Shown one piece after another: positions 63,311 through 64,000 of a stretch of 64,000 nucleotides of DNA. This DNA is from a bacterium (GTDB taxonomy: Bacteria; Margulisbacteria; Marinamargulisbacteria; GCA-2716485; JAYNIM01). The notes below the pieces were generated by a model, which saw nothing but the letters and a program-made list of their open reading frames with translations, did no database searches and was not told the origin of the DNA. How positions within the stretch are numbered: the stretch's first letter is position 1; each line of letters begins with the position of its first letter. A program made the translations under genes and the position numbers. The stretch lies in assembly GCA_038109055.1 (NCBI GenBank), contig JAYNIM010000006.1:13334-77333 (forward strand), read 5' to 3'.

Positions 63311-64000
63311 TTTTTTGTAGAAAAGGTGAATACGAACATAACCCTATCGCTAAACCCATAACCATATAAAACAAAACCAAGGTCGGCACAACACCAAAGT
63401 TAAAAATAACCTGACCCAAATAAACACCTAAAGAAACAAAACAAGCTCCTAAAAAACAATTTACCCACGGTCGTATATGCCGCTGTAACCCTCGAATAAT
63501 CAAAACAAAAACCCCCAAAATGACCATAAAATAATAAACAAAAAAACCTAGGCTACCTCGAGTAACCAAGGTATTTAAATATTCATTATGTAAGCGATCA
63601 GGCGTATAATTATGGGCCCCTTCATAAATCCCATATACAGGGTCTCTATACAAAGGAAATAAAAATTTGACCGTATCCAAACCAGACCCTAATAAGGAAT
63701 AGTCTTTAAACCAAGCAGGAACACTCGTCCACATATACAAACGTGAATTTCTCTTTGTTGCAGATTCACTAGTCAAAGCCTGTGACCGTTGTAGATAATT
63801 CGCATGTGACTGAACAAATTGAAATTTAGCCATACTAAAAGATGGGAAATAAAAAAATGAAACACATAAACTTCCTGCAAATAAAACATACAGAAAAACA
63901 ACATACGGCCGAACAAATAAATCATAACGTTCAGCATGAAAAACATAAAAAGTAAAAAACAAAAAGCAAAGGCCTCCCAATACAAAAATTAAATACCATA
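63291..64000 (-). CDS. O-antigen ligase / O-oligosaccharyltransferase family membrane protein (5' partial)
   Basis: RLYMW, LLGSG, HNEYL...GSLG (Wzy_C loop); appears to extend beyond the window edge. Confidence 0.8.
   Translation of the reverse strand, partial: WYLIFVLGGLCFLFFTFYVFHAERYDLFVRPYVVFLYVLFAGSLCVSFFYFPSFSMAKFQFVQSHANYLQRSQALTSESATKRNSRLYMWTSVPAWFKDYSLLGSGLDTVKFLFPLYRDPVYGIYEGAHNYTPDRLHNEYLNTLVTRGSLGFFVYYFMVILGVFVLIIRGLQRHIRPWVNCFLGACFVSLGVYLGQVIFNFGVVPTLVLFYMVMGLAIGLCSYSPFLQKIDSYDK

Noticed and set aside
2011..63985. Many short ORFs in the track that overlap real genes (e.g. 2011-2244, 20532-20768, 36400-36714, 52688-52966)
   Set aside because: Antisense or alternate-frame shadows of well-supported genes, with no recognisable motifs

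Overview
AT-rich bacterial chromosome segment using the standard genetic code. Most genes lie on the minus strand, and by eye the + strand is strongly C/A-rich. Housekeeping genes include accA (3' end), pdxH, secDF, lysS, queF, pyrF, prmC-prfA-rpmE, ispE, pnp-rpsO, tRNA-Arg(ACG), heptose genes, panC, topA, mutL, pyrC, coaBC, lipA-plsY-gpsA and hflX. An alternative complex III (actA-G), SCO and A2-type caa3 oxidase operon runs without clear breaks into a partner-switching module (receiver, GAF-PAS-GAF-PP2C-kinase fusion, STAS) and a pilB/pilC pair. An accessory metal-stress block (about 26-32 kb) holds a SigF/NrsF-type ECF pair, a target outer-membrane protein with a matching promoter, and a degenerate COG0523 GTPase. 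Eukaryote-like orphans (a U-box protein with UIM-like and VIM-like motifs, an ankyrin protein, Cys-Cys N-terminal orphans) suggest association with a eukaryotic host. Other notable points are a NadD-CoaE fusion, a poly-T frameshift in the SCO signal peptide and several apparently leaderless promoters. The gene content would fit a diderm, Terrabacteria-like lineage such as Candidatus Margulisbacteria, but this is inference and was not tested. No CRISPR array, rRNA, transposase or prophage was seen.
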